A DNA stretch of 64,000 nucleotides from Takakia lepidozioides (taxonomy: Eukaryota; Plantae; Bryophyta), in the NCBI GenBank assembly GCA_030704615.1, contig CM060731.1, positions 46,438,001 to 46,502,000 on the forward strand, given 5' to 3'. This document shows, piece after piece, positions 25,980 to 38,098 of the stretch (the stretch's first letter is position 1; each line of letters starts with the position of its first letter). Made by a program: the position numbers and the translations under genes. The notes under the pieces were generated by a model, which worked only from the letters and a program-made list of their open reading frames with translations, was not told the DNA's origin and did no database searches.

Positions 25980-28721
25980 TGGATGCTGACACATTGAAGG
26001 AGACGATTGGGACTCCAGTTGTGTGGGACGTGTCCTGTGTTCGTACGCATGAAACTGTGGATTCATCATCCCCGAGAAACCCAGGATGTCATTCCATCAC
26101 AGAAGGTAGTGATTATCAAGGACAAAGCACTGAAAGCAATGATATTCCGTCCAACGGTGAGACGGGGGGGGATCTGCCTGCAGGTCTGGGGAGAGAATTT
26201 TGGAGAAACTTGCAATGTCTTCTTCTTGGGGAGGACGGAAACGCCTTGTTCGAAGGCCGAATTCAAGTATGCATTCCTAACGAGATCATTCTGAATGACA
26301 AACTCGGAGAGGACGATGTTGGGATTCTGGTCACCAGAACAATCTCTGGAGAGTCCGGTTCACTGATGTCGATTGTGAAATGGCCGTTAACAAAAACAAG
26401 ACTTCTTGAAAATGGCCGGATACTCTCCGTCGATCTCGAAAATTTCCTACGATCATGCAGTGACATGGAGAATGACGACCATGGTACAGGCGTATTGAAA
26501 GCAGCATACAAGCATTTTACTAGGAAGAAAATCCATCCAATATGGAGGACTAAAAAAAGTGCAAGAAAAATCTTACTTTGGATGAAGTGAGGTCGGTGAG
26601 CAGCAAACCTTGCTGCAAGCTTCAGTGCTGCCCGTATTTTGATTGGAGAAAAACCTTGGCAATTCGTACTGCATTTTGGGGTTCGTCATTCGATGAGAGG
26701 AGAGAACTTGGATTGAATGTTTCAAAACGACTTCACATTATGGATGGGTCATTGCGAAGGTCGTATGCTACGATAGAAGGTGTTGATGTTTGTGAGAAAG
26801 CATGGTGGATAATACACAGAATTGGAAGGTCAACTTACATGGAGTACAAAAAGCTCAGTAAAGAGGGTTGTTTGTCATCTTTCCACGAAAATCGTGGCGT
26901 CAAGCGGCTGCGACCAGGGACACTCAAGGTAGAGGGGAACATTATGTCCATTATCAATGCCAATACTGACTTTATGCCTCACAAAACACGTTGCATTGGA
27001 GAGGGACGTCGGGATACTTTGAGAATTTTGCCACCCGAAATGAACTGGAAGAGAATTCGAGAGGAGTCCAACGGTGACTTTTATTCGTTGTCCCCTTTCG
27101 TTTTTCAAAATACTGTGGATGATTTTATTCTTTTTTATGCCATCATGATTTCTTGTTCTTCCACTTTGTAGAACCTCCACTGCCCAGTGGACGTTGACAT
27201 TGTTGGGGAGTTGGGGTGCAGACAAACAGACTGCTCGGTTTGAAAGGAGTCTCGCAGCAAGCTATAAGCCGTATACGGAATCAAATATTTCCTAACGTGG
27301 AGGTTCGGAAAACAGGAAGCACCTTTGCTAAGTGCACATAATGCGAGATGTTCAAGGACTTGATCAAGAAGTCGATTAAGAGGAGTTCCGAACAGGTCGC
27401 ACATAAGCGGACGCTTGATTTGCACTTGAGGCATTAAGAGTCATGCAGAAGGCTGTACCATAGCTGGAGGAATGAGTCCGTTATAGGAAAACGGCTATTC
27501 CGAGGCTATAGACGACGAACAAGATGGTCTCCGGATTGGGTCAGTTGTCTGTCTCATTGATATGAATGGTTACGCACGGACACGGAGATGGAGCTTACGC
27601 TCAATTATTCCTTGAGTTTTGGAAAGACAATTCAAACTTCACAATTGGGTCGCTGGCTCGGTGCCTGCGCCAACTGGAAAAGCCGACATGCCGGGAATCC
27701 AGGAACATTTTCGACATTGAAGTTCAAAATGATTTTTTTGAAACGCTCATGAGAGGTAAATCGAGATGTTTGGAGGCTCTGAAACCCTGCAGGCCGCACG
27801 ATAAACGTGGTGCTCGACCACTTCCTAGACGACTTTATTTGCAGATGGACAACTCCTCCAAGGACAATAAGAACAGATGGATGCTTGCTTTCCTATCCCT
27901 CCTCACTGCCAAAGATGTCTTTGAAGAGATCCAGCTTGGTTTTCTCATGGTCGGGCACACCCATGAGGATATTGACGGATTCTTTAGCTATCTCTCGAAG
28001 AAGCTAAAGGAACGCAACACCTACATTCTTCCGGATTTGATGAGGTCATTCATGATCTCCCAAGATATGCAATTCATTCCTCAAATCACACAAGAGGTTC
28101 CTCGACTTCAAGAAGTTTGTTAAGGGTTGTATTCATGATAGAAAAGAGGCTTTGGTCGGGATCTCAGAGATGCACGTCTTTCCATTTTTTAAGGATGCGG
28201 ATGGCTGGCCTGTTATGAAGTACAAGAAGTCAGCTACTGATTCGGAGTGGCTTTCTATAAACTCCAGCGTTAAGATGTGGGAAGTCCAATCCTGATGGGA
28301 CTCCATATCTCCCTGAAGGAGAACCAGATGCCGTTCCAAGAAGACCGATATGGGGAGTCGGGGAAGACTCCTCAGAAAAACAGTCATTCATAAAAAATAG
28401 TATTAAGAAATACATACATTTTTGGACCAAAGGAATGTTGCTTGACGATCATTATCGGGGTGTGATGGAACAATATGACCAATACTAGGGAAATATTCTT
28501 GCCGAACTTGATAAGTCAATGCAGGACATTCCGGATCGTATTCAGCTTCTTGAGGGATTTTGGCCGAAAACAAATTGGTCCTCAAACCATCGGAGGGATG
28601 GCATCCAGCCACAGATACTGGAAGATATGGAAGATGAGGATGAAGTTCCAGAACCTTACTGTGGCCCTAGGTGTGAGCGTCCAAGGATACCCTTGAATCC
28701 GTTCAAGGATATTGAGAAAGG
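25980..28721 (+). pseudogene. Sola-like DDD transposase, 5' part (intron-containing, stops/frameshifts)
   Basis: CCKLQCC, VCEKAWW, FAKCTxC, LYLQMDNSSKDNKN and FLMVGHTHEDIDGFFS catalytic motifs. Confidence 0.8.
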
Positions 28722-28808
28722 TGTCGTGCGCATACATATCGCTACACAACTACATCGCTGTCCGAACCACACCACACATATATGCACAATAAAGTAGTCT
28801 ACCACAAT
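28722..28808. repeat. Repeat Y, terminal copy (87 bp)
   Basis: Identical to 29163-29249. Confidence 0.95.
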
Positions 28809-29160
28809 GATAAAGAAGCTTGAAAGGACATACACTCCCAACACAAGAAATATAAAATCCATCGCTATCACTCATTGAAACTGAAGTCGAGCCAGGGGCA
28901 CCCCAAGCTATGGGGACTCCACCCCACAACAACCTGTATCCCTACATAAGCACACTAAAACCTAAACACATGCAGGAGCTCGTCGCGTAGGCTCAACTCG
29001 AGAGAGATGAGCGGCGACTGCCGCTCTCGTGAAGATAAGACAGACCAGGTGTCAAACTAAACTTGACACCTGATTTAACACTTGACCTAACTCCAAGTGT
29101 TAAATACAAATAACTAGTTTTATTCTAGCTGTTTTCACACTGTGCTTATTTAACTTGACA
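28808..29160. repeat. Repeat X, internal copy (353 bp)
   Basis: Near-identical to 40314-40669, with a few differences in one CG-rich patch. Confidence 0.95.
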
Positions 29161-29162
29161 GC

Positions 29163-29249
29163 TGTCGTGCGCATACATATCGCTACACAACTACATCGCT
29201 GTCCGAACCACACCACACATATATGCACAATAAAGTAGTCTACCACAAT
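29163..29249. repeat. Repeat Y, internal copy (87 bp)
   Basis: Identical to 28722-28808; separated from X by GC. Confidence 0.95.
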
Positions 29250-29258
29250 CGCCCCCCT
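29249..29258 (-). promoter_or_regulatory. Putative polypurine tract
   Basis: Sense strand AGGGGGGCGA-T-TGTGG immediately precedes the TG start of internal Y. Confidence 0.55.
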
Positions 29259-29506
29259 AGCTGGTGGATAGGTCCCTCTACCTCCAGATAGCTACAAGAC
29301 GTAATAGCCATAGCCGTACTAAGTCCTCTATCACTGTCCCTATCGTACTCAAACTCTATAGACCAAGAGGCCGGGTACAAGAGTAGCCCCATCGTTAGTC
29401 GCCGTCTTGCAATCTGTGAACTTGAGCCAGGCCTTCGTGTATTCAAGGTATCCTGTAGCTGGGCCTTGCGTTGCTTGTTAGCCTTCCATGGTTGTATCCA
29501 CTCCCA

Positions 29507-30786
29507 CTATCCAATGCATTGTGGACATAACCAATCCCCATCCGGAACCATCTCAAGAGGTGGAGTCAAGCATCCCATATGCCAACCTCTAGAGCACCGA
29601 TCACACACCAGCATGGTGGCTGCCCCTTTAGCAGACCCACACAACATGCACCTCAAACCTGCAGATACCACTGCCAGGTTTGGGTCAATCCTGCCATCGA
29701 CATTCGGAAGGTGACATGGCGCACAATTACGCACATGGTCCTTCCAAGTTATGCCATCCCGACCCTCCAAGACCAAGACGCCTGAGGGCAAGACCTCTCG
29801 AACCCTCAAAATAACACGTCCTGCAGTCACATCCAGGGTCGTAGGAGCAGTCTGCTGCAGATAGACATAGTCACCAGGGTTGAATCTCCGAACCCCAGGA
29901 CGATAGCCCCCACCACGTATGGTAGCATACCTCAACGTATCACACGGTGTTGTGCAATGGCAAGGTTCTCGAAAGCCATGGCATGACTCTCTTGAACAAC
30001 GCTGCTCACATGCACGTGCCCACACATCTGGATCGTCAAGGTTAAGAACTGTAGCAGCTTCTCTGCGAATGGATGTAGGCAAATCCGGCTCTCGGCCAAA
30101 GAGAAGAAAGTATGGTGAGAAGGAGGCAAGTGATGCTTGCTTGCTGAACCTGTAGCCCATGGGCCAGGGTAACTGAAGGTCCCAATCTCCTAGGTGTCCC
30201 TTCTGCAAGCCATACTTGCGCAAACCCCTCTTTACTGTCTGAACAACTCTCTCTGCCAAGCCATCGGCCAGGATGATCCCGAGAAGTGGTGCGGTGGTCT
30301 ATCAAGGCCTTGTCACACAAAGCCTGAAACTCCCCCAAGAACTCTCTCCCTTGGTCCGTGAGTACCTCAGCTGGAGCACCGAATCGGCTAAGCACACAAT
30401 CCAAGAATGCATACGCAGCTCCCTCACTAGCCTTATCAGGCAATGGAACCAATTCAATCCACTTGGAGAAGTGCTCCACCATCACCAACACGTACTTGTT
30501 GTGGCGCATGGTCAGGCAACGGCCCTGCGAAGTCAAGACTCCACCTGTAGCCCAATCCCATGATCGGAAGAGGGTGCAATTGTGGAGTAGGGGCGTTGAA
30601 TGAAGCACGCACCCTGTCACACACCATGCACCTAGCCACAAATTGTTCACCCTCTGTGTGCATACCACGCCACCAATACTGCCCCTGCAGTAGACTATGG
30701 GTGCGTCGCACCCCAAAATGCCCCAACTCCTCATGGGCATGCCGCACTAACCGTGCCCGCTGTGTTGGGTGAGGCACAATCCTCAC
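29507..30786 (-). CDS. Integrase (H2C2 zinc finger + DDE core) with C-terminal PHD finger, frameshifted
   Basis: HEELGHFG..CMVC, WSLDFAGP, VLTDQGREF, GLAERVVQTVK, CMLC..MLVCDRCSRGWHMGCLTPPL..PDGDWLCPQC. Confidence 0.92.
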
Positions 30787-30977
30787 TCGACCATCCTCCC
30801 CACACTCGGAGCAGGTGTGTCCCCTCCCACCTGAACCTCTTGGCTCGTTGTAGGATCCGATCCCTCTCCTTGGCAGTCATAGTGGCTGCCGTGTCTCCAC
30901 TGCGGAGGTAGTCCAACACAACTGAATCCTCATGTATATCTTTGGCGCCACCCTGCTCATTGCTGGCCTCAGGGTCC

Positions 30978-32465
30978 TCAGACACTTGATCTACAGTCAT
31001 CCCTGTTGTAGGTCCAACCTGGCCTTCCGCTGCCAAGATACAGAAATGCAGATGCATGCCATCCGGGCACCATCTCCTCGTCCGTCTCACCATGCCACCG
31101 AGCTCCAGTGTCATCCTGCTGGCTCGTGCATGGATTGCGACTCAACCCATCTGCATTTCGATTGACCAAACCCGGTCGATGCACCACCTGAAAGTCATAC
31201 TCTTGAAGGATGAGTGCCCACCGTGCAAGCTTCCCCGTAAGCTTGTCTGACTCCATCAACCACTTGAGTGGTTGGTGATCCGTGACAAGGGTGAAGAGAT
31301 TGCCGTATAGATAGCACCTGAAGTGTGCCACGGCCCACACTGCAGCTAAGCATTCTCCCTCATATGAGCTATACTTAGACTCTGCAGCATTGTTCGAGCG
31401 GCTAGCATAAGCCACTACGACTCTCTTCCCTCATCATCCACCTGTGTGAGCACCGCTCCAAGCCCCAGCATGCTCCAATCTGTATGCAGCTGAAAAGGAC
31501 GCCCCCTGATAGGTCGTCTCAAGATGGGCGCCGAGGTCAACCTCGCCTTGAGCTCTTGAAAAGCTTGTTCTTGCTCATCTTCCCACTGCCACTCCTGGTC
31601 CACCTTGGTCAGCTTGGTTAGAGCCTTTGCAATGGCACTAAATCCCTTAACAAACCGTCTGTAATAGTTTGCTAACCCCATGAAAGCTCGAACTCGGCTC
31701 ACATCCGTGGGGCGTGGAACCTGTGCAATGGACTCTACCTTAGTCTGCTGTACCCCCAATCCTCCAGGATATATCATGTGACCCAGATACTCAATCTGGT
31801 TGTGGAAAAACTTGCACTTGCCCGGATGTAACTTCAATCCGTGCGTCCTCAAGCGCTCAAATACCCCCTGAAGGTGTCTCTCATGCTCCTCCACCGTAGG
31901 CACTAAAGATGATGATGTCCGCTATGTAGCACCGAGCCAACTCCACCCCTGCTAGAATCCTGTCCATGCACCTCTTTGAAACTCAGGGCTGGAGCGGTTT
32001 AATCCCAAATGGTAAACCGCCACTGGTATAGGCAATCCTTCCCGTGCGCATTGATCCCCAGAATGCCGTCTTTTGCTTATCCGCCTCCTTGATCGGCAAC
32101 TGGTGATATCCGGATCGTAAATCCAACGTGCTAAAGACCTTGGAATGCCCAATGGCATCAAAGATCTCCTCTGGTGTGGCATGGCATACCTATCGGACTT
32201 GTCTGACGATTTAACAGGCGGTAATCACCGCACATACGTCTCTCCGTCCAATTGCCATGACATCCTTCTTAGCTGGCATCACTGTGGCTGAAGCATACTC
32301 TCCACCAGAGAGCTCCACCAAACCTGCCTCCCAGAGATCTTGAGTCCTCATCTGAATCAAAGACCTCTCCATGTCACTGTATCTATAGGGTCTCCGAAAG
32401 ATTGGCGTGTCAGTGGCCAACTCAATACGGATCTCTTGACCCTTCAGTGCTCCCAAGTCCTTCAA
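30978..32465 (-). CDS. Gypsy-type reverse transcriptase + RNase H, frameshifted
   Basis: PIFRRPYR, LKLHPGKCKF, VRAFMGLANYYRRFV, FQLHTDWS, YSSYEGECLAAVWAV, TDHQPLKWL, NADGLSR. Confidence 0.92.
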
Positions 32466-32899
32466 ACTGAAGGCAAAGCAATTCCTGTAAGCCCTCAGGA
32501 ACCGCCGTATACGTCGTCTCTCTCCTCCGGTGACAATGGGTCCAATATCAGGCTCCCAATTGTCCTCCGTAACTGCAACCTTAAGTCCAGTGGGCTTAGA
32601 GGTAGAGGACGCGTCCCGTGGTTGCTATGCTGCAACCTCTTGAGCAGTACCCCCTTCCTGCTCAGTCAATGACAAGGCCTCATCCTGCCCCATCATCTCA
32701 TCATTGAGAACCTCCTCATCCATCAACATCTGCCTTCGCTGCCAACTCCCTCTGAACCTCGAGCACCTCCCACATGTGCCATGGATGTCTACACCTCGTG
32801 GTCCTCACCGGCTCGCCCCACTCGCTGCCTGTACCGTCTCGGTAGGCAGAGAGACCGTCAAGGGAAGTGCACTCCGCACTCTACGTTGCTCAGCCATAG

Positions 32900-33845
32900 C
32901 CAAGCTGACAATCCAGGTCAAGCAATTGAGATCCATTGCTTGCCCCAACACCTGACGACGTGATGCCTCAGAAAGAGAGGCACCGCCGTGGTCCCAGTGG
33001 AAAACCCATAGCCCGCTCTCGCTCGTCGGCATTAGGCTCCACTAACTGCTGCAACTGAGCCCTCCAGGAGGCCAGGTCCACCATCCCGAAAAGCATGGAT
33101 CCTGGGAAGCTGAGCAGTGTAGGTAATGCTGCTCGTGGTTGACCCACTCTGTTGACCACTGCCAAAGGCGAACGGTCATCGTGTCTCACACGTTGAGACT
33201 GCCTTCCTGTGTCCAAAATGCCATCCACGGTGAGGTGTGCTGGCCGCTGCACCCCATCAAATGCACGCTTGAGCAGTGCGGGTGGCATCAAGTTAGTCCA
33301 CCATAGTCGTGGACGATGAGCCCGTGACCCCACTGCAGCTGCATCCAGCAATACTGCTGACCCAAGCCACGACCGGACTTGATGCACACTGGCCATCACC
33401 CTGGCCCGAGAATCACCCATCAGTGGCACATTCTCCAAGATGTATGCCGGAGATACAGCTGATGAAGCTGCAAGTGGCGCAAAATCCGCACCATCTCCCA
33501 AAACAGACCCGTCCTCGAGTCTCGCAATCCATTGCCATGCCCGGCTGATGAATGCCCTTGGCAGGGCCAACCTGCCACTACCAGATCAATGGAGCCAACC
33601 CGCTCCAAATCCTGCGCCCCCAGCAACGCAATGTCTGCTGGCAAGGCCTGCTGTATCCACGAACTGCAGACACCGCAACAACTCAGGTGCTGCTGCACCA
33701 TCTGAGCACATGGCGCAGTGAGACGCGTCGTGCAGTCTCATCCCTCTCCACATACAGGTAACGTCGAACTCGTACACCTGCCTGCAGCACTGCAGCCAAT
33801 CCAGTGCTGATCCCGCCAAAAAGTCCAGAAGGCATATGCCTTCAT
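32900..33845 (-). CDS. C5 cytosine DNA methyltransferase domain (DNMT3-like) embedded in pol, frameshifted
   Basis: Motif I LFGGISTG, IV DLVVAGWPCQG, VI YILENV, VIII HRPRLWWTNL, IX/X ERERAMGFP..RRQVLGQAM. Confidence 0.88.
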
Positions 33846-34148
33846 CCGGTCGCTGCCACACAAGAGGTGTGGTGTCCAATGGCGACAACTGAGGTGGCCC
33901 TGGTGCAATCACCGCATTCTCCTCCTCTCCTGACGGTACAAAAGCTTCTACCCAAGCTTGTTGCACCCGTCCATCAGCAGCTTGCTGCAAATCCTTGCTC
34001 GTACCCCACAACGGAGTGTGAGCAACCATGGCAGGCAACTCCGCCGTACCATGCATGTCATCCTGCTCTGCTGGAGGTGGCACATCCTCTGCATGGGCAT
34101 TGCCTTCCAGCAACTCTCCAGGCCAGCTGACTGCAGCTGTGAAGGCGG

Positions 34149-34771
34149 CTAGTGTTGGCATCTTGCCCCGCTGAGCACTGCAATACCCCCAATGAATGTC
34201 ACAGGGAGCTGTGCACGGCGACCATCCCCTGACTGCCATCCAGGCCTGTAGGATGCTGACTCCTCCCAGAAATCCAGGGTGAAGCCCATGGGGTATAACA
34301 CTGCCCCACCAACGAGGACATCGTAAGAGACCGCGTCTGTCACAATGGCCTTGGCTCGCATCACTGAGCCATCTACAGGATGATCCGGCTGCAGTCTAAT
34401 AGCCAACTGATGCCGTGTCATGCCGCGAGCCTGCTCTGATCCTCCCAGAGATGTCTGTATCTGGAAAGGACAAGGCTCCATATCCGCCTCCATGAGGCCC
34501 AACCTGCAATAGCAGCTCTGCCCAACATCAGTGGCTGAGCTCCTGAGTCCAACAAGACCCGCAGTGGCCGGTACTTCTTGCCTGCCGGTCCACTCAAAGT
34601 GAAAATGCCTCCCTGGTTGTCTAACAAGACAACTCCAGGTGTCACCATGGCGCGCTCAAAGGCTGGCCTAGCTGGCAGCTCCGTCAACCTGGCAGCTGCA
34701 GCTTGCCAGGGCGCAGCCGTGGCAGTCTTGACCCTCAAATCCGAGGATCCCTCTGCCACTACACCTTCCAC
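34149..34771 (-). CDS. Retroviral-type aspartic protease, frameshifted
   Basis: RVLLDSGAQPLMLG ... YDVLVG. Confidence 0.8.
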
Positions 34772-35313
34772 TAACTCCGCAGAAGATGAAGTGACCTCCC
34801 ACTCTCACAGAGTGTTGCTGCTAGTCTGAACACTGCAGCTGGCCTCACCCCCGGCGTCGCAATCATGGTTGCCGAGAACAGTGGGGCTTGACACACAGAG
34901 GTGGCTGCTCCCAATAACACACCGGCTGCACTAGCCTTGGTAGCAGGTGTCAGTGCTGCACGTGTAGCTCTCCCCAATGGCATAGTAACCTCCGCCTCGG
35001 TACAGTCGGGCGAGAACTAGGTGCCATGGATGGCGTTGACACTGTCTCCGCCAAGGTGAATGACTGAGGCAGCCTTGCCTGACGGCTTGCCTCCCCACGT
35101 TGTGGATCCAACTCCACCTCTGCACCTCGTGGCTCAGGAACTCGTGTTGCTCCTCGAGTCACGGCTGCAGCAGACTCCACCTGCTCTAATGGTAGTGCTG
35201 CTCCGCACATAATCCCATTCCGCCCATATCTCCTCCCTCAGGAGCAGGAGGTGGGCCATCCCGCCTGGGAGCCGGTACCGCCTGAGCTATAGCCATGGCA
35301 GCGAGCCTCTGCT

Positions 35314-36792
35314 CTAGCTGCTGAAGCCGATTGGCCATGCCTTGGTCAACACCCTGACCTCCGCGTCCTTGGCCATGTGAGGTTGCCCTTGGCCTGCACC
35401 TCGTGCCCGACCACCTCGTCCTCTTTGGGCTGGTCCACCTCGCCCCCGGCCACCATTGTTCCCTTGGAACTGGCCTGGGCGCAACTCAGGATGCAAGTCA
35501 TAACACTGGGCATCTCCATGCCCATACTTGCCACAATGCCCACACTGCAACTGTGCAGGTTGTGCTTGTGCCGGCCTTCTGCCACTCTCTGGGCAATCTC
35601 TCTTGACATGGGGTCCTCCACATGTCCAACATATCACCCCTGGTTGCTGTTGGCCTGCAAAAGATGCCACGGGCCTCTGCACCTGAGGTCCCCTGTAAGC
35701 TCCATGGAACTTGGGCTGGGCAACCTTGCCCCCCTGACCACGCTGTTGGGCAGTCCCTTGTGCTTGTGGGCTGACAGCTGTGCCCCGTACAGGCATGTCC
35801 TTGCCAAATCCAATTGTAACAACTCGTTCCTCCACCATGTTGAGCTCAATCCGCTCAGCCAGCAGAAACACATCTGCTAATGTGGGTTGGGCTGCTTGTA
35901 ACAGGGTTGCATCTCGCACCCTTCTCTTGAGCTCCTTGTCCAGAATTCCATACCAAAACTGGATTGCCTGAGCTTCAGTAACCCCTTGGGTCACACTTAT
36001 CAAGCGCCTCATACGAGTGTACGCCTCTCGCAGGCTCTCACTGGGTTTGCGCTGGAAGTCTTGCAAACTTCGCAGCTTCTCTGTCCGTACACCTTGGTAG
36101 TTCCTCCGCAACTCCTGGAAGAACTCCACCACCGGGTTGAATCTAGGCACATGTGTTGTAGCTGTGGCAGGAGGAGTAGTAGCACCTTCTGAACTGGTAC
36201 CACCGGCAGAAGTACCAGCACTACCTGCTCCACTACTAGTGCTGGCAGTGGGAGCTATTGGTACTGATGCAGCTACTGGTCGCGTCATGCCTCGAGTAAT
36301 GGAGATGTAGTCAGGTGACCAATACATCCTCCACTCCTCAATCTCTGCTTCATGTCCTCGCCTGAACTCGTGGTAATCGTCCATAGGCGGGCCTTCCAAA
36401 TGCTGGAACAGTCCCTTCCATGCCATGAATGGGGTGAATAGATGTGGATTGCGCATCTGCTGCAAATCACACCAGCTGTCGAACTCCTGGATAAAGTCAT
36501 CCAACTCGATTGTGCCCACAGCTCCAGAGTACCTACGAGGCCCCTTGGTAGCTCCATACATCTCCTCCATGTCGTCCCACAACAATGGCGAATGAAAGTG
36601 CACACCTGTTGATGAAGCCTCCGAGCCTGTGTCTGACTCTACAGTAATTGAGGGTGGCGGTGAAGGTGGTCTGAACCGAATACCTCGTCTTGTGAACCCA
36701 CTCTCACTGTTACTGCCTGTAGCCGTACTCCCCTCAAAACCCTTGGGTAACTCCGTAATGACACTCACAATGTGCACCTCCTCCAGTGACAC
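35314..36792 (-). CDS. Gag with two zinc knuckles
   Basis: FQRKPSESLREAYTRMRRL gag motif; CWTCGGPHVKRDC and CGHCGKYGHGDAQC; RGG-rich tail. Confidence 0.85.
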   Translation of the reverse strand: MSLEEVHIVSVITELPKGFEGSTATGSNSESGFTRRGIRFRPPSPPPSITVESDTGSEASSTGVHFHSPLLWDDMEEMYGATKGPRRYSGAVGTIELDDFIQEFDSWCDLQQMRNPHLFTPFMAWKGLFQHLEGPPMDDYHEFRRGHEAEIEEWRMYWSPDYISITRGMTRPVAASVPIAPTASTSSGAGSAGTSAGGTSSEGATTPPATATTHVPRFNPVVEFFQELRRNYQGVRTEKLRSLQDFQRKPSESLREAYTRMRRLISVTQGVTEAQAIQFWYGILDKELKRRVRDATLLQAAQPTLADVFLLAERIELNMVEERVVTIGFGKDMPVRGTAVSPQAQGTAQQRGQGGKVAQPKFHGAYRGPQVQRPVASFAGQQQPGVICWTCGGPHVKRDCPESGRRPAQAQPAQLQCGHCGKYGHGDAQCYDLHPELRPGQFQGNNGGRGRGGPAQRGRGGRARGAGQGQPHMAKDAEVRVLTKAWPIGFSS

Positions 36793-37306
36793 TATAAGGC
36801 TCTAGTACTAATCTAATAGTGACACGGGTGGGCACCTGTTGCAGTCTAAGGGTCATATCCCAGTGGCTCAGGGCACCTGCACCTGCATCCACCGCAAGAA
36901 CTCCTATGGTTGGCTGGTCATCAACCCAGCCTCACCATAGAAGAAACACTGGTGGTCTTGCTGGTCATCACTCCAGCCTCACCACCGACAGCATACTCTA
37001 GGATTGACCGGTGATCAAATCCGGCCTAATCCCTATGAAAGCAAGCGCCCACACAAAACCAACATGGCGCACAGTCAAGCATGCAGGTGTTGGGGGGGAT
37101 CCAAACACACGAAATCAAAACATCAACACCCACACCACCACACCAAAATCCAGCAACGCTGATCCTGCAGAATATCCCAGCCCAAGACCCCGGACTGACT
37201 GGCCTCCACCAAGAGAGGCTTTGGCAACTACAAGTACAAGGTAATGAAAATAGTACAGAGATGGAGGGAAGAATAGAAGCCCGCCCAAGCAAGATCTAAT
37301 CCTGAT

Positions 37307-38098
37307 CTATGCTATCAACTTCCAGACTTCTCTCAAAGTGCCTCGCTCTGCTTGATGGTAAGGTGTAGGAGGTATATCTATGTCCAGAAACCTGCCACTA
37401 ACCTTGTCCCAAGCTACAGTAGCTCGCTCTAACCAACCCTCCTCATCTTTCTGCCAGGTAGAGACAAAGCAACACTCTGCTATCTCCCGCTCACTGAACA
37501 CTAAAGAAAACAAAGGTAGGGTCTGATAGTCTCTCAACTCGAAAGCTTTGAGACGGTTGCGGGTGTCTTCATTGCGAATGACTGGATCGCCTTCAAACAG
37601 AACAAACTTGTCCTCGCTAATGAACCCCCGCTCGTGGTTGCCTTGTGCAGAGCGTGTCCGACTGCAACACTGTCTAATTGCACAAACTTGTGCAGCTCCT
37701 GCTCCTCTGCTCCAGTACACCACGGCCTTGTGGCTGAACACCTTGGTCCCCGGGGCTGTCTTTGGCTGTGTTCCAAGCCTAGCTTTCACCCACTTTGGTA
37801 TTTCACTTACAGCTGCAGAACTGCTGGCTCCAACAGAGTTCTGACTGTCCAAGGCGATATTGAGGCCCTCAATGCCAACTACAGCAGTCTGTTGTCTACT
37901 GCTAATGCCTGACTCCCAGTATGCAATCAACTCGTCCAACTGTTCTCCACTCAAATCAGTCTGAGTTCCTTGGGAAACATAGATCCTGTCCCCTTGTGTG
38001 CACAGGCTAAGAGAAGAGACCTGCCCTTCAATTACGTCCTCATTCCCCCAGCCATGCAGGAGTACATCCACCAATGTGTCTCTCATATAGACCAGCAC
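37307..38098 (-). CDS. Extra ORF of unknown function upstream of gag
   Basis: Uninterrupted 263-codon ORF inside the retroelement, co-oriented with gag; no family recognised. Confidence 0.5.
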   Translation of the reverse strand: MLVYMRDTLVDVLLHGWGNEDVIEGQVSSLSLCTQGDRIYVSQGTQTDLSGEQLDELIAYWESGISSRQQTAVVGIEGLNIALDSQNSVGASSSAAVSEIPKWVKARLGTQPKTAPGTKVFSHKAVVYWSRGAGAAQVCAIRQCCSRTRSAQGNHERGFISEDKFVLFEGDPVIRNEDTRNRLKAFELRDYQTLPLFSLVFSEREIAECCFVSTWQKDEEGWLERATVAWDKVSGRFLDIDIPPTPYHQAERGTLREVWKLIA

